DNA of 64,000 nucleotides from Phoronis australis. Taxonomy: Eukaryota > Animalia > Phoronida. The notes beneath the pieces were generated by a model. The model did no database searches. It worked only from the letters and a program-made list of their open reading frames with translations, and was not told where the DNA came from. This document shows, piece after piece, positions 63,374-64,000 of the stretch (its first letter is position 1; every line of letters begins with the position of its first letter). Location: contig NMRA01000072.1 in the NCBI GenBank assembly GCA_002633005.1, forward strand, positions 981,957 to 1,045,956, read 5' to 3'. Both the position numbers and the translations under genes were made by a program.

Positions 63374-64000
63374 CTGAAAATACATAAAACGTAGCAAAAA
63401 TTGAAGAGATCACTTCATAATTTGAAAGAGAGCAACGCACCAAATGCGTCGGAACATAACTGCTGTCGTGTAACATCGTCCGTGGCCAATTTGGCAAAAA
63501 AAATGGAAAATTACACAAAAATATGAACTACCAGTTAGATTTAGTGAGCACCAATTAGACTGACATTAGAAAATATCTAGGTAACGATTCTCAGGTACTT
63601 GGCAAGTAATGTGTTTTAATTGAATATACCGGCAATATGTGACGCGGATTTTTAAAAAAAACGTTTTAGTGGTCGATAAAATTTTTAGCCATTCTCGGTT
63701 TTTAAACTACATTTAATAACAAAAACATTCAAAGCTTTCACTGCGTACTTTTGTCTGCACGTTAATTGTTTGGTTGATAACATGCAGAACAGTCATGTCA
63801 ATACGTTTTGCAAAACAGATTGATAAACTTAAGCTAATTATTCGCAATTGAAATTTTCAAATCTTAACAACTCAGTAAGAATTTCTACATACAATAATCA
63901 CAGTTTCAGCGGTTTTCAAAGAATTTATTTTTTATTCTGGTGGAGTAAACGATTGCTTACCAGTAGAATTCTAGCTGCGACCATGTCAAAAGTGGCTTCA

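Overview
Intron-rich, AT-rich animal DNA, probably from an invertebrate bilaterian; the taxon cannot be fixed from the sequence. The assembly is draft quality, with two N-gaps and four single-N joins. Genes rebuilt by hand from GT-AG sites, left to right: the 3' end of DAD1 (+); a 13-exon AMFR/gp78 ERAD E3 ligase (-, 631 aa); a 3-exon GINS3/PSF3 (+, 211 aa) head-to-head with AMFR; a 16-exon acetoacetyl-CoA synthetase AACS (-, 665 aa); a 4-exon fatty-acid-binding protein (-, 140 aa); and the last exon of a second FABP paralogue. Introns and intergenic DNA hold many mobile elements: hAT-, Tc1/pogo- and Harbinger-like MITEs, tRNA-SINEs, a decayed LINE, an intron-containing IS3EU-like transposase relic and two Helentron-type (HINE) elements. 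Three observations stand out. (1) The HINE internal repeats carry CTCF-consensus motifs about every 140 bp, and the two copies point convergently around the AMFR/GINS3 promoter. (2) The apparent AACS exon 13-15 duplication is best read as a second haplotype placed into a gap left by a heterozygous TTAA-targeting Kolobok/THAP-like insertion. (3) The predicted AMFR lacks the C-terminal VCP-interacting motif. I found no clearly new protein-coding system. All family assignments come from motif recognition, not database searches.
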